Assembly (NCBI GenBank): GCA_963722885.1
Contig: CAVROS010000001.1
Span: 176,235-240,234 of the forward strand
Length of the DNA: 64,000 nucleotides
Origin: an uncultured delta proteobacterium
Lineage (GTDB): Bacteria; Myxococcota_A; UBA9160; UBA6930
Direction: 5' to 3'
Made by a program: the position numbers and the translations under genes. Below the pieces are notes generated by a model that saw only the letters and a list, made by a program, of their open reading frames with translations, was not told the origin of the DNA and did no database searches. Position 1 is the first letter of the stretch. Each line of letters begins with the position of its first letter. Below are positions 49,339-60,064 of this stretch, one piece after another.

Positions 49339-49341
49339 AGG

Positions 49342-50313
49342 TTGACGGAAACGACGCCCGCCCGCGACGAGCCGATTCACCCGAAGCCCCCGACGCCCAT
49401 CGAACAGCGGCGCCCCAGGTGGGTTGCCACCAATCTGCAGCTTCGTATGTTGACTGCGGCCGTGCTGATCCCGTCGGTCACCTACATGATCTTCAAGGGT
49501 GGCTACTGGGTGCTAGCCACCGTCGTGGTCATCACAGCGGTGGGACTGAGCGAGTTCTATCAGCTGATCGAAGCGAAGGGCGCCCATCCGCTCCGCGGCT
49601 TCGGAATCATCGCCGGCGCCTCTCTGCCGGTGGTGGCCTTCGTGGGGAGCGAGTACCACGCCACCATCCTGATGAGCGCCGTCCTGCTCGGCGTGATGGT
49701 TGCCCAGCTCGGCAAGGCGCGGATCGCCGACTCGCTCGCCAGCATCTCCGGCACCTTCTTCGGCGTCTTCTACGTGGGCTGGCTGCTCTCCCATGCGGTG
49801 GTTCTTCGCGACTTCCACCGGGTGGTGGAGGGGAAGTGGGGAGAGATCGCGGCGGCCGGAATGCTCCCCGAGGTCGGAATTTTCTATCTGTTCTTCACCA
49901 TCGCCATCGTGATCGGGGGCGATGCCGGCGCCTACTTCGCCGGTCGCGCCTACGGGAGACACAAGCTCGCGCCCAAGATCAGTCCGGCGAAGACGGTGGA
50001 GGGGGCCATTGGAGCTGTGATCGCGGGGATTGGCGTCGCCTTCGCCTGCAAGGCGATCTTCGAGATATTGATTCCCGGTGTGACCGCCCCGATCAGCTGG
50101 GTGGTCTGCGGGGTGCTCGCGATGATCCTCGCCGTGGTCGGGATCATCGGAGACCTGGTGGAGTCGCTCCTCAAGCGCGACGCCGCCGTCAAGGATACGG
50201 GTATCCTGCTGCCGGGGACCGGCGGTGTTCTCGACCGGATCGACTCCAGTCTCCTCGCGATTCCCGTGATGTACTATCTGATGCTCGCCTACACCTACTT
50301 CTGGGTCGGCTAG
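49342..50313 (+). CDS. cdsA: Phosphatidate cytidylyltransferase
   Basis: Multiple TM segments; DAGAYFAG, ISPAKTVEG, GDLVESLLKR, GGVLDRIDS. Confidence 0.95.
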   Translation: MTETTPARDEPIHPKPPTPIEQRRPRWVATNLQLRMLTAAVLIPSVTYMIFKGGYWVLATVVVITAVGLSEFYQLIEAKGAHPLRGFGIIAGASLPVVAFVGSEYHATILMSAVLLGVMVAQLGKARIADSLASISGTFFGVFYVGWLLSHAVVLRDFHRVVEGKWGEIAAAGMLPEVGIFYLFFTIAIVIGGDAGAYFAGRAYGRHKLAPKISPAKTVEGAIGAVIAGIGVAFACKAIFEILIPGVTAPISWVVCGVLAMILAVVGIIGDLVESLLKRDAAVKDTGILLPGTGGVLDRIDSSLLAIPVMYYLMLAYTYFWVG

Positions 50314-50334
50314 CGTTCGGATGGGAGTCCGCCG

Positions 50335-51861
50335 ATGAGCCGAAGCCATTCACGATCGTCATCGAGGCAGGTGGAAGCACTGCGCGATCTGGCTCGCGAG
50401 CTAGACGGGGATCGGATCAAGGACGAGTGCGGAGTATTCGGCATCCACGGGCACCCCGAGGCCGCGAAGATTGTCTACCTGGGCCTCTACGCGCTCCAGC
50501 ACCGGGGGCAGGAGAGCGCCGGCATCTGCTCCACTCAGGGTGGTGAGCACACCGTTCACCGCGCCATGGGTCTCGTCTCGGACGTGTTCAACGAGAGGAA
50601 TCTCGCCAAGCTTCCCGGCCGTCACGCGATCGGCCACGTTCGCTATTCCACCTCCGGGGGGAGTCTGCTCCGAAACGCCCAGCCCTTCTGCGCGAACACG
50701 GACGCTGGCCCCGTCGGCCTCGCCCACAACGGAAACCTGGTGAACGCCGGGGCGGTCCGCAGAGAGCTCGAAGGCCGCGGAGCGATCTTCAGCACCAGCT
50801 GCGACAGCGAGGTGATGGTGCACCTGCTGGCGCGCTCCCGGGAGGCGAGTCTGGAGGAGCGACTGATCGATGCGCTCTCCCGGGTGAAGGGCGGCTTCGC
50901 CGTGGTCATGCTCAGTCACGACTCCCTGGTCGCGGCGCGCGATCCGAACGGCTTTCGGCCCCTGGTACTGGGCCGCCTCGACGGGGCCTGGGTGGTCGCG
51001 AGCGAGACCTGCGCCCTGGATCTGATCGGCGGCAGGGTCGAGCGGCATCTGGATCCCGGCGAGGTGGTGGTGATCCGGCGCGGACGGCTGCGCTCGCTGC
51101 GTCCCTTCCCGAAGCCCGAGCGGGAATCGTTCTGCATCTTCGAGTACATCTACTTCGCGCGGCCCGATTCGAATCTTCCGGGCGGGAACGTCTACGCCTT
51201 TCGCAAGGACCTCGGCCGCGCGCTCGCCCGGGAGCATCCGGTCGAAGCGGACATGGTGGTGCCGTTGCTCGACTCCGGAAGCCCGGCGGCGCTGGGCTTC
51301 GCGGAGGAATCGGGGATTCCCTTCGAGACGGCCATCATTCGCAACCACTTCGTCGGGCGTACCTTCATCGAGCCGACCCAGTCGATTCGCGACTTCGGTG
51401 TGAAGATCAAGCACAATGCCGTGCGCGGGATTCTCGGTGGCAAGCGGGTGGTGCTGGTGGACGACTCGATCGTGCGCGGAACCACCTTGCTGAAGATCTC
51501 GGGCATGATTCGCAACGCCGGTGCGCGGGAGGTCCACATTCGCATCTCGGCTCCACCGACGATTGGATCCTGCCACTACGGCATCGACATGCCCACCCGC
51601 AGCGAACTCATCGCCTATCGCCTTTCGGTCGAGGAAATCCGCGAGAGCATCGGAGCCGATTCCCTCGGCTATCTCTCCCTGGAAGGGCTCCATAGGGTCT
51701 CCGAGCAGCTCAAACACGGTCATTGCGATGCCTGCTTCTCGGCTGACTACCCGGTGCGGATCGATCCGGCGCAGTCTGCGCCCCAGCTCTCCCTCTTCCA
51801 CCTGGTCGGCGAGCACGACGACGAGGAGACCGAGGTGGACGGAACGGTGCCGGACGCGTGA
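50335..51861 (+). CDS. purF: Amidophosphoribosyltransferase (propeptide, Fe-S type)
   Basis: ECGVFG, QHRGQE, GHVRYST, HNGNL, VDDSIVRGTT, CDACF. Confidence 0.97.
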   Translation: MSRSHSRSSSRQVEALRDLARELDGDRIKDECGVFGIHGHPEAAKIVYLGLYALQHRGQESAGICSTQGGEHTVHRAMGLVSDVFNERNLAKLPGRHAIGHVRYSTSGGSLLRNAQPFCANTDAGPVGLAHNGNLVNAGAVRRELEGRGAIFSTSCDSEVMVHLLARSREASLEERLIDALSRVKGGFAVVMLSHDSLVAARDPNGFRPLVLGRLDGAWVVASETCALDLIGGRVERHLDPGEVVVIRRGRLRSLRPFPKPERESFCIFEYIYFARPDSNLPGGNVYAFRKDLGRALAREHPVEADMVVPLLDSGSPAALGFAEESGIPFETAIIRNHFVGRTFIEPTQSIRDFGVKIKHNAVRGILGGKRVVLVDDSIVRGTTLLKISGMIRNAGAREVHIRISAPPTIGSCHYGIDMPTRSELIAYRLSVEEIRESIGADSLGYLSLEGLHRVSEQLKHGHCDACFSADYPVRIDPAQSAPQLSLFHLVGEHDDEETEVDGTVPDA

Positions 51862-53262
51862 CCGGCGTCGGATCCTCCGATCTGGGTCGGCTCGATCTCA
51901 CGGCTCTCGAAGAGCGGGTGGCGGCGGGGGAGATCGACACCGTCATCACCGCCATTCCGGATCTCTACGGGCGGCTGGTCGGCAAGCGCAACACCGGGCG
52001 CTTCTTCCTCGAGGAGGTGGCTCGGAAGGGAATGCACGTCTGTGACTATCTTCTGGCCTGCGACATGGAGATGGATCCGACGCCCGGGTACGCCTTCACG
52101 AGCTGGGAGACCGGCTACGGCGACCTGCACGGCATTCCCGACCTCTCGACTCTTCGCGAGGCCTCCTGGCTCGATCGCACGGCGATCGTGATCTGTGACG
52201 CACGACGCGACGACCCGGTGGGTCTCGTCTCCGTCGCGCCGCGCTCGATCCTGATCCGCCAGCTCGAGCGCGCCGCCTCTCTGGGCTTCGTTGCCAAGAT
52301 GGGGAGTGAGCTCGAGTTCTTCCTGTTCCGGGACGGCTTCGAAGGGGCCCGGGCCAAGGGCTATCGCGATCTCGCGACGACGCAGTCGTACGTCGAGGAT
52401 TACCACGTTCTCTCCGGCACTTTCGTCGAGTCGGTGATCGGGGAGATTCGCCGGCAGATGGACGCCTCTGGCATCCCAGTGGAGTTCAGCAAGGGCGAAT
52501 GGGGCCCGGGCCAGCACGAGATCAACCTCTGCTACGCGCCGGCTCTCGAGATGGCCGATCGCCACGTGATCTACAAGCTCGGGGCGAAGGAGATCGCGCA
52601 TCGGGCGGGATGTGCACTCACCTTCATGGCCAAGTGGGACGAGCGGCTGGCGGGAAACAGCCTTCACGTGCACAGCAGCCTGTGGAGCGAGAAGGACGAG
52701 CCGCTCTTTGGCGGGGAGCCGCCGCCCCTTGCCGGCAGCCCGGTTTGCGCGTCCGACACGTTTCGCTGGTATCTCGGGGGCCTCCTGGCCCACGCCCGTG
52801 AGCTCGCCTGGTTCTTCGCACCGACGGTGAACTCCTACAAGCGCTACCGCCCGGGCACCTTCGCCCCCACGGCGATCGGCTGGAGCTACGACAACCGCAC
52901 CGCGGGGTTCCGGGTCGTGGGCAGCGGTCCGTCGCTTCGCGTCGAGTGTCGCATTCCCGGTGCCGACGCGAATCCCTACCTGGTCTACGCCGCGCTTCTG
53001 TCCGCAGGGCTCGACGGCATCGAGCAGAAGCTCGATCCAGGGCCGGTCTTCGAGGGCGACCTCTACAAGGCAGAGGAGCTGCCGCAGGTGCCCCATTCCC
53101 TCCCGGAGGCGATCGCGGAGCTCGAGCGCAGCGAGTTCGCCCGCCAGCAGTTTCGGTGATGAGGTGATCGACCACCTGCTCCACTTCGCCCGGACCGAGC
53201 AGGCCTGCTTCGAATCGGCGGTGACGGACTTCGAGCGCGAACGCTACTTCGAGCGGGTTTGA
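51858..53262 (+). CDS. Glutamine synthetase-like gamma-glutamyl-amine ligase (GlnA4/PuuA-like); apparent frameshift about 53150
   Basis: YLLACDMEM...SWETGYGD, ELEFFLF, EWGPGQHE, HVHSSL, NSYKRY, DNRT, ECRIPGADANPY. Confidence 0.85.
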
Positions 53263-53977
53263 TGGGTCGACCGCTCGTTGGTGTCACCACCTATCACCGG
53301 GAGATCGAGGAGCGCCCGCGCTTCTATCTTCCCGAGCGCCTACGTGGATGCGGTCCGTGTCGGGGGAGGGATCCCGGTACTGCTCACGCCCGGAGAGGAA
53401 CGTCCGGCCGAGCTGCTCGAGAGCCTGGACGCGCTGGTCTTCTCGGGGGGTGGCGACCTGGACCCGGTGCATTTCGGGGGAGACGACTCACCCGCGCTCC
53501 TACTTCATCTGCGAGGAGCGCGACGCCTTCGAGCTGCAGCTGATACGCGCCGCCCTGGAAAGGGAGACTCCAGTGCTCGCCATCTGCAGGGGAGTCCAGG
53601 TGCTGAACGTCGCGCTGGGTGGCAGCCTCCATTCCGATCTCGAGGACGTGGTCGGTGACGCGGTCCCTCACCGCGAGAGCCAGACCTGCCACACCTATCA
53701 CGCGGTCAAGCTCGAACCCGACTCCCGGCTTGCCGCCCTGATGGGCGCGACGGAGCTCGCCGAGGTCGCATCCTGGCACCACCAGGCGGTCGATCGGCTC
53801 GGTGCGGGCCTGCGGGCCGTCGCCTGGGCGCCCGACGGGACGGTAGAGGCTCTGGAGCTTTCCGAGGCCCCCCAGCTCCTGGCCATCCAGTGGCACCCCG
53901 AGCTCCAGATCGAGCCGGGATCGCTTCACCGCAGGCTCTTCGAGGCGATCGTCCGAATGGCGAAGGAGAGGCCCTGA
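53262..53977 (+). CDS. Gamma-glutamyl-gamma-aminobutyrate hydrolase-like (peptidase C26, PuuD-like); two apparent frameshifts
   Basis: RPLVG, SGGGDLDP, RDAFE, AICRGVQ, SWHHQAV, QWHPE across three frames. Confidence 0.85.
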
Positions 53978-54030
53978 TTCCCCGCGGGGCAAGGCGTTTC
54001 ATTTTTGGCTGAACAACTTTCAGCAGAATC

Positions 54031-54059
54031 GTCAGGCGGATCGGGGGTGCCACCGATAA
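54031..54059 (+). promoter_or_regulatory. Candidate sigma28-like promoter for the PilZ-DUF4388 gene
   Basis: GTCAGG-N15-ACCGATAA, 70 nt before the ATG. Confidence 0.55.
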
Positions 54060-54129
54060 GCGGGTCAGGAGGAAGCCGAGATCCCCCGGGACGATTTTCT
54101 GTTCCGGAATGGCTCGCTGTGTACCCAGA

Positions 54130-55506
54130 ATGGCCCGTCGTCTACGCCTTCCGTTTGCAGACGCCGCCGAATTCCGAGAGGAATACGAGCGGAACATCGT
54201 CAATGGGGGTGCCTTCATCCGCACCGCCGAGGAGTTCGAGGTGCGCGAGCTGGTCGAGGTCGAGCTCGAGCTCGGCTTCTGCGGCGACTCGGTCGTTCTG
54301 GAGGCGGAGATCGTTCACTTCGTCCGGGCGGAGCAGGCCGACTCGGAGGCTGCCGTCGGTGTCGCGGTCCAGTTCCTCGAGCCTGCGCCACTGCTGCGCG
54401 ATACGCTGCAGCGCTTCATCGACGAGAATTCGTCCGCTGAAACGGACGTCGCCGAGCTCGCGGACGAGGATCCCCCTGGCCACGACGACGTCACGTCCAT
54501 CGAGCTCGAGGAATTGCCCGAGGAATTGTCCGAGGAAGGCCACCTCGAAGAGGTGAGCGAGGCGCCCGTCTTCGATCCCTCCGAGGTGGACCTTCCCCAG
54601 AGTCGCGAGGAGGAAGATCCCCTCGCAGCGGCGCTGGATCGGCGCAAGGCGCCCCGGGTTCGGACCCGGGTCCAGGCCCGGGTGGATGCCAAGAGCATGT
54701 CGCTGGAAGGTCACACGCGGGACCTGAGCCGGACCGGAGCCCTGATCTCGGCCGATGCAAGCGATCTGCCGATCGGGAAAGCCGTAAAGCTGGAGCTCGT
54801 CCATCCCGTCACTGGCGAGGAGCTCGAGGTCGAGGGCGCGGTCTCCCGCCACGTCGAGACAGAGGGCACTGTGGCTGCAGTGGGGATCGAGTTCGGTCCG
54901 GAGACCAGCGATGAAGGAGTCGCTGCGTTCGTGGAGGACGCGAGTCAGGCGGAGACGGAGCGGCAGCGCGCCGGGATCTACGGCGCGATCGAGGAACTCG
55001 GGATGGCCGCTCTGCTGCGGATGTTCGCCTTGAACGCGAGGCGGGGAACGCTGACGTTCATCTCGGGCGTCGAGGACGGCTCGATTGGCTTCGAGAACGG
55101 AATCTTGCGGCACGTGCAGCTGGGCGAGGTGCGCGGGGTAAAGGCGCTCTCGCGGTTTCTCTCCTGGGATCAGGGAAACTTCGAGTTCCACGCCCGGCTC
55201 GATCCCACGGATGCCGAGCCGCTGGCCGTCGCTGTCGAGGAGGCGATCCAGGAGGCGATTCGTCAGCGCGAAGAAATGATCCGGGCCGAGCTCACCGACA
55301 TGCTGGACCCCGCTGCCTGTTTCGCGATCGACGGGGAAGCGCTTCGTGGCGAGAACGGTCTCAGCAAGACCGAAGAAGCCGTGCTGGATCTGGTGGCTGC
55401 GCGCTTCAGCGTCCGTCGCATCCTGGACGTGATCCCGCAGCCCGACGCCGAGGTGATCGAGGCGCTGAAGACCCTCCTGGATGGGGAGATCATCCGGCCC
55501 GTCTGA
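54130..55506 (+). CDS. Tandem PilZ plus DUF4388-like protein
   Basis: First PilZ NIVNGGAFI...GVAVQF; second has RRKAPR and DLSRTG; C-terminal GAIEELGMAALL...RRGTL...WDQGNFEF. Confidence 0.8.
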   Translation: MARRLRLPFADAAEFREEYERNIVNGGAFIRTAEEFEVRELVEVELELGFCGDSVVLEAEIVHFVRAEQADSEAAVGVAVQFLEPAPLLRDTLQRFIDENSSAETDVAELADEDPPGHDDVTSIELEELPEELSEEGHLEEVSEAPVFDPSEVDLPQSREEEDPLAAALDRRKAPRVRTRVQARVDAKSMSLEGHTRDLSRTGALISADASDLPIGKAVKLELVHPVTGEELEVEGAVSRHVETEGTVAAVGIEFGPETSDEGVAAFVEDASQAETERQRAGIYGAIEELGMAALLRMFALNARRGTLTFISGVEDGSIGFENGILRHVQLGEVRGVKALSRFLSWDQGNFEFHARLDPTDAEPLAVAVEEAIQEAIRQREEMIRAELTDMLDPAACFAIDGEALRGENGLSKTEEAVLDLVAARFSVRRILDVIPQPDAEVIEALKTLLDGEIIRPV

Positions 55507-55541
55507 CGGTGGCTCGCCTCCGCCTCGCTGCGCTTGCCTTG

Positions 55542-57156
55542 CTAGAGCCGTCGGACGACGGTGTCCTCGAGGAAGTTCTCGTCGTCGCGTTCGGGGTAGT
55601 CGAGGGTGTAGTGGAGGCCGCGGCTCTCCTTGCGGCGCGAGGCGCACTCGATCACCAGCTCGGCGATGGTGACGAGATTGCGCAGCTCGATCAGGTCCGG
55701 GGTGACCCGGAAGTCCCAGTAGTACTGGTTGATCTCTTCCTTGAGCAGGACGATCCGCCGCCGCGCGCGGGTGAGACGCTTGTTGGTGCGTACGATACCC
55801 ACGTAGTTCCACATCAGGCGCCGGATCTCGTCCCAGTTCTGGGTGATCACCACCGCCTCGGAGCTCTCGGTGGCACTTCCCTCCATCCAGGGCTCCACCG
55901 GGACGTCGCCGAGGGGCAGATCGGGGAACCTGCGGATCGCCTCCTCTGCCGCCGCCTGGGCGAAGACCACGCCTTCCAGCAACGAGTTCGAGGCCAGCCG
56001 GTTCGCGCCGTGAAGCCCGGTACAGGTCACCTCGCCAGCGGCGAACAGGTTCTCGACCTCGGTTTCACCGTGGAGATCCGTCACCACCCCGCCGCAGCAG
56101 TAGTGAGCCGCCGGAACCACCGGAATCGGCTGCCGGGTCATGTCGATTCCGAACTCCAGACAGGCGTCGTGGATGTTCGGGAAGCGCTCGCGCAGGTACT
56201 CCGCATCGCGGTGGGTGATGTCCAGAAACGCCGAGTCGTTGCCGCTGCGCTTCAGTTCGTCGTCGATGGCGCGCGCCACGATGTCGCGGGGAGCGAGGTC
56301 CTTCATGGGGTGGTGATGCTCCATGAAGGCGTCGCCCGCCTCGTTGCGCAGAACGGCGCCCTCTCCCCGGAGCGCCTCACTGATCAGGTAGGACTTCGCC
56401 TGGGGGTGGTACAGGCAGGTGGGGTGGAACTGGAAGAACTCCATGTTCCCAAGCGCAGCGCCGGCCCGGTAGGCCATCGCCATGCCGTCTCCCGTCGCGA
56501 TGTCGGGATTGCTGGTATAGAGGTAGACCTTGCCCGCACCTCCCGTGGCGAGGAACGTGGCACGCGCGCGGTAGCGCTCCACATTCCCGGTCTTCGCGTC
56601 GAGCACATAGGCGCCGAGAGCGCGGTTCGGACCCGGCAACCCTGCGCGGTGGGTGGTCAGCAGATCGATGGCGCAGTGGTCTTCGAGCAAGGTGATGCTC
56701 GGATGCGCGCGGGCCCGGGCCAGCAGCGCCCGCTCGATCTCCCGCCCCGTGGCATCCCTGTGGTGAAGGACCCGGCGCACGGTGTGGCCACCCTCACGCC
56801 CGAGCTCGTACATCAGCGTTGCCCTGGCTGTCGTCGTTGCCCTCTCGATCGAACTCGACGCCCAGCTTTCCCAGAGCTTCGATGGCGGCGCCGCCTCGCT
56901 CCACCACGAAGCGCACCACGTTCTCACGGCAGATGCCGGCGCCGGCAGTCATGGTGTCCTGGGTGTGCGACTCGAAGGAATCCTCATCGGAGACCACTGC
57001 CGCGATGCCACCCTGGGCGAAGTTCGTCGCCGACTGGACGGCCTCCTTCTTGGTGACCACCGTGACTCGCCCGTGTTCGGCGACGCGGAGGGCGTAGAAG
57101 AGGCCGGCGACGCCGCTGCCCAGTACCAGAAAGTCGGAATCGTTGTTTTGTGACAT
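55542..57156 (-). CDS. nadB: L-aspartate oxidase; apparent frameshift about 56815
   Basis: GSGVAG, AQGGIAAV, REGGH, QFHPT, LAPRDIVAR, GLHGANRLASNSL, ESRGLH. Confidence 0.95.
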
Positions 57157-57209
57157 TGGTTCCCCCTGGGGCATATACGACTGGAGGAGTCTCGTGGTGA
57201 CGCATCCAC

Positions 57210-57238
57210 CTAAGGCGGCGGTCCTGGCGTTCCGATAA
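57210..57238 (+). promoter_or_regulatory. Candidate sigma28-like promoter for the lytic transglycosylase unit
   Basis: CTAAGG-N15-TCCGATAA, 92 nt before the start. Confidence 0.55.
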
Positions 57239-57330
57239 CAGTCACACGAGGTGGAATCGAGCCGAGTCTATCCGTTGGAGCGGATCGACGACAGTGCTCC
57301 CCCTGGGGGAATCTCTTTGAGGGTACGAGG

Positions 57331-57936
57331 GTGCTGAGAGCCCTGCGAGTGATACTGGTGCTGGCGTTGCCGGTTGGGATCCTGGCCGTCGGCGAGACGG
57401 TGGGGGCAGGGACCGGTCTCTACCGGTACGTGGACGAGAGGGGCGTGGTTCACTTCACCAACGCTCCCAGCGATCGCCGCTATTCCCGCATCACCGTTCT
57501 GCGTTCCCTCGCCACCCGCTCGAGCGCACGCTACATCACCCCGGTCCGCACCTACGACGATCTCATCAAGCGCGCCTCCAGGCGCCACGGGGTTCCCGCG
57601 GCGCTGGTGAAGGCCGTGATTCACGCCGAGTCCGCCTTCAATCCGCGGGCGGTTTCGCCCAAGGGTGCCATGGGCCTGATGCAGCTCATGCCCGCCACCG
57701 CGCAGCAGTTGGGCGTCGCGAAGCCCTTCCACGCCAGCCAGAACGTCCAGGGTGGCACCCGCTACCTGCGCTCACTGCACGAGCGCTACGGAAACTGGAC
57801 CCACACCCTGGCCGCCTACAATGCCGGGCCTACGGCTGTGGATCACTACCGCGGCGTTCCTCCCTATACCGAGACGCGTCAGTATGTGAAGCGGGTTCTT
57901 TCGTACTATCGTCGATACCATGGCGACTTCCCTTAG
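57331..57936 (+). CDS. Lytic transglycosylase (DUF4124-like plus SLT domain)
   Basis: YRYVDERGVVHFTN; AES, GAMGLMQLMP, AAYNAG, ETRQYV. Confidence 0.92.
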   Translation: MLRALRVILVLALPVGILAVGETVGAGTGLYRYVDERGVVHFTNAPSDRRYSRITVLRSLATRSSARYITPVRTYDDLIKRASRRHGVPAALVKAVIHAESAFNPRAVSPKGAMGLMQLMPATAQQLGVAKPFHASQNVQGGTRYLRSLHERYGNWTHTLAAYNAGPTAVDHYRGVPPYTETRQYVKRVLSYYRRYHGDFP

Positions 57937-58565
57937 TGGGTCAGGGCCTGCGCCGACGGAGCTGGTCCGCGAGCGTTTCTGGAATCTTCCCAACACCATC
58001 ACCGTGGTGCGGCTCGCCGTCGTTCCCGTCCTGCTTGCGTTTCCCCTCTTCGACGGGCCAGTGGGAAGCAGAGTCGTCGCCTGGCTCTTCATCATCTCCG
58101 CGCTCGGCGACATCCTCGACGGTATGGCCGCCCGCTGGGGCCAGCAGGTCACCCGGATCGGCAAGCTCCTGGATCCCTTGGCCGACAAGCTCACGGTGAC
58201 GACCGCACTCATCATTCTCCTCAACATCGATCGGATTCCCGGCGTGGGCCACTTCCCTGGTGGTGGTGATCATCGGGCGCGAGCTGGCGGTGACGGGCCT
58301 GCGTGGAATCGCATCCGCCGGAGGCCAGGTGGTGGCCGCGACCTGGCCCGGCAAGGTGAAGGCCCTGGTGCAGAACGTGGCGATCGGGGCTCTGCTCTTT
58401 CCGGATCCGACCCTCGGCCTGCCGGCCCATCGCATCGGCCTGGTGCTCCTGGGTGCGGCGACCGCACTCACCCTGTGGTCGGGCTACGTCTACTTCGCCG
58501 ACTATTTCGGCGCTGACTCCTCCGCTTCGGCGGAGCAGCCACCGCCCGAGGAGAACATCGTATGA
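57920..58565 (+). CDS. pgsA: CDP-diacylglycerol--glycerol-3-phosphate 3-phosphatidyltransferase; apparent frameshift about 58240
   Basis: NLPNTIT, DILDGMAAR, GKLLDPLADK, then GRELAVTGLR...GKVK. Confidence 0.9.
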
Positions 58566-59875
58566 CTCGGCTCGCGGAGTTGGGCGAACGAATCGATTCC
58601 CGCCAGGCGCAGATCGGTGTCATCGGTCTCGGCTACGTGGGGCTGCCCCTGGCGCTGGAGTTCGCCAAGGCGGGGTTCCGGGTCACCGGCTTCGAGTTGG
58701 ACGAAGAGAAGGTCCGGACCGTCAACGAGGGCGGATCCTACCTCGAGGACGTCACCGCGGAGGAGGTGAAGACGGCACGGGACGCGGGCAAGCTCGAGGC
58801 CACCCTCGACTACGGAGCGCTATCCAAGGCGGATGTGATCAACGTCTGCGTGCCGACTCCCCTCACCAAGACCAAGGATCCCGACGTCTCCCACATCGTG
58901 AAGGCGGTGGAGGAGATCCGAAAGCGCCTCAGGAGCGGACAGCTGGTCATTCTCGGCAGTACGACCTATCCGGGCACCACTCACGACCTCTTCATCCCCC
59001 TGCTCGAGGAGTCGGGCCTGGAGGTGGGGGTCGACTTCTCGGTGGCCTTTTCCCCCGAACGCATCGACCCGGGCAACAAGGAGTTCCCGCTCCACCGGGT
59101 ACCCAAGGTCGTCGGCGGCGAGACTCCTCACTGCACGGCGCTGTGCGCGAAGGTCTTCGAGGCGATCTTCGACAGCGTCGTTCCGGTCTCCTCGACCCAG
59201 AGCGCCGAGATGGTGAAGCTGCTCGAGAACACCTTCCGAGCCATCAACATCGGCCTCGCCAACGAGATCGCCCTGATGTGCGATCGCCTGGGCCTCGATG
59301 TCTGGGAGGTCATCGACGCGGCGGCGAGCAAGCCCTACGGCTTCATGAAGTTCGAGCCAGGGCCGGGTCTCGGAGGCCACTGCATCCCGGTGGATCCCAC
59401 CTACCTGGCCTGGAAGATGAAGTCGCTCAACTTTCCGGCGCGCTTCATCGACACCGCGACCGAGATCAACAGCCACATGCCCGAGCATGTGGCCAGGACG
59501 GTGGCGGATCTCCTCAACGAGGAGCGCATCGCGGTGAATGGCGCCCGGATCCTGATCCTCGGTGTGGCCTACAAGGCAGACGTCTCGGACATGCGCGAGT
59601 CCCCGGCCCTGGACATCATCGCATTGCTCGAGGCCAAGGGCGCCGAGATCCGCTACCACGACCCCTACGTCCCCGAGGTTCGACTGGCGAACCGCACGGC
59701 CAAGAGCGTCGACCTGACCGACGAAGTCGTCGGCTCGGCCGACCTGGTCGTCATCGTCACGAACCACAGCGGTGTGGACTACGAGCGCCTGGTCGCCGGC
59801 GCCCACCGCGTCTACGACACCCGGAACGCCACCCGGAACCTCACAATGGGAAAGGAGAAAGTCCGAAAACTCTAG
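58562..59875 (+). CDS. UDP-N-acetylhexosamine/nucleotide-sugar 6-dehydrogenase (WbpA/WecC family)
   Basis: GLGYVGLP, CVPTP, SPERIDPG, KLLENTFR, GGHCIP, AYK..D.RESP. Confidence 0.92.
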   Translation: MTRLAELGERIDSRQAQIGVIGLGYVGLPLALEFAKAGFRVTGFELDEEKVRTVNEGGSYLEDVTAEEVKTARDAGKLEATLDYGALSKADVINVCVPTPLTKTKDPDVSHIVKAVEEIRKRLRSGQLVILGSTTYPGTTHDLFIPLLEESGLEVGVDFSVAFSPERIDPGNKEFPLHRVPKVVGGETPHCTALCAKVFEAIFDSVVPVSSTQSAEMVKLLENTFRAINIGLANEIALMCDRLGLDVWEVIDAAASKPYGFMKFEPGPGLGGHCIPVDPTYLAWKMKSLNFPARFIDTATEINSHMPEHVARTVADLLNEERIAVNGARILILGVAYKADVSDMRESPALDIIALLEAKGAEIRYHDPYVPEVRLANRTAKSVDLTDEVVGSADLVVIVTNHSGVDYERLVAGAHRVYDTRNATRNLTMGKEKVRKL

Positions 59876-59946
59876 GAACGGCGGGGGGTTTGGCCCGATT
59901 CCCCTCGACGGTCGGCGCGACTTTCCCTATCTTTTGGTGAACACGG

Positions 59947-60022
59947 GCACGAGTAGCTCAGCTGGTAGAGCACCACGTTGCCAACGTGGATGTCGCCGGT
60001 TCGAACCCGGTCTCGTGCTCCA
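59947..60022 (+). tRNA. tRNA-Gly (GCC)
   Basis: GCACGAG/CTCGTGC acceptor stem, TTGCCAA loop, GGTTCGAACC T-arm, U73-CCA. Confidence 0.96.
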
Positions 60023-60031
60023 ACTTCTTCA

Positions 60032-60064
60032 GCCCCGTCGAGTAGTTAGCTCGGCGGGGTTTTT
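60032..60064 (+). terminator. Intrinsic terminator after tRNA-Gly
   Basis: GCCCCGTCGAG...CTCGGCGGGGT hairpin then TTTT; contains the integrase stop codon on the opposite strand. Confidence 0.75.

Noticed and set aside
60023-60060. Mx8-style alteration of the integrase C-terminus on integration
   Set aside because: The integrase stops 23 nt short of the tRNA, so a crossover within the tRNA would not change it; untestable without the other att site.
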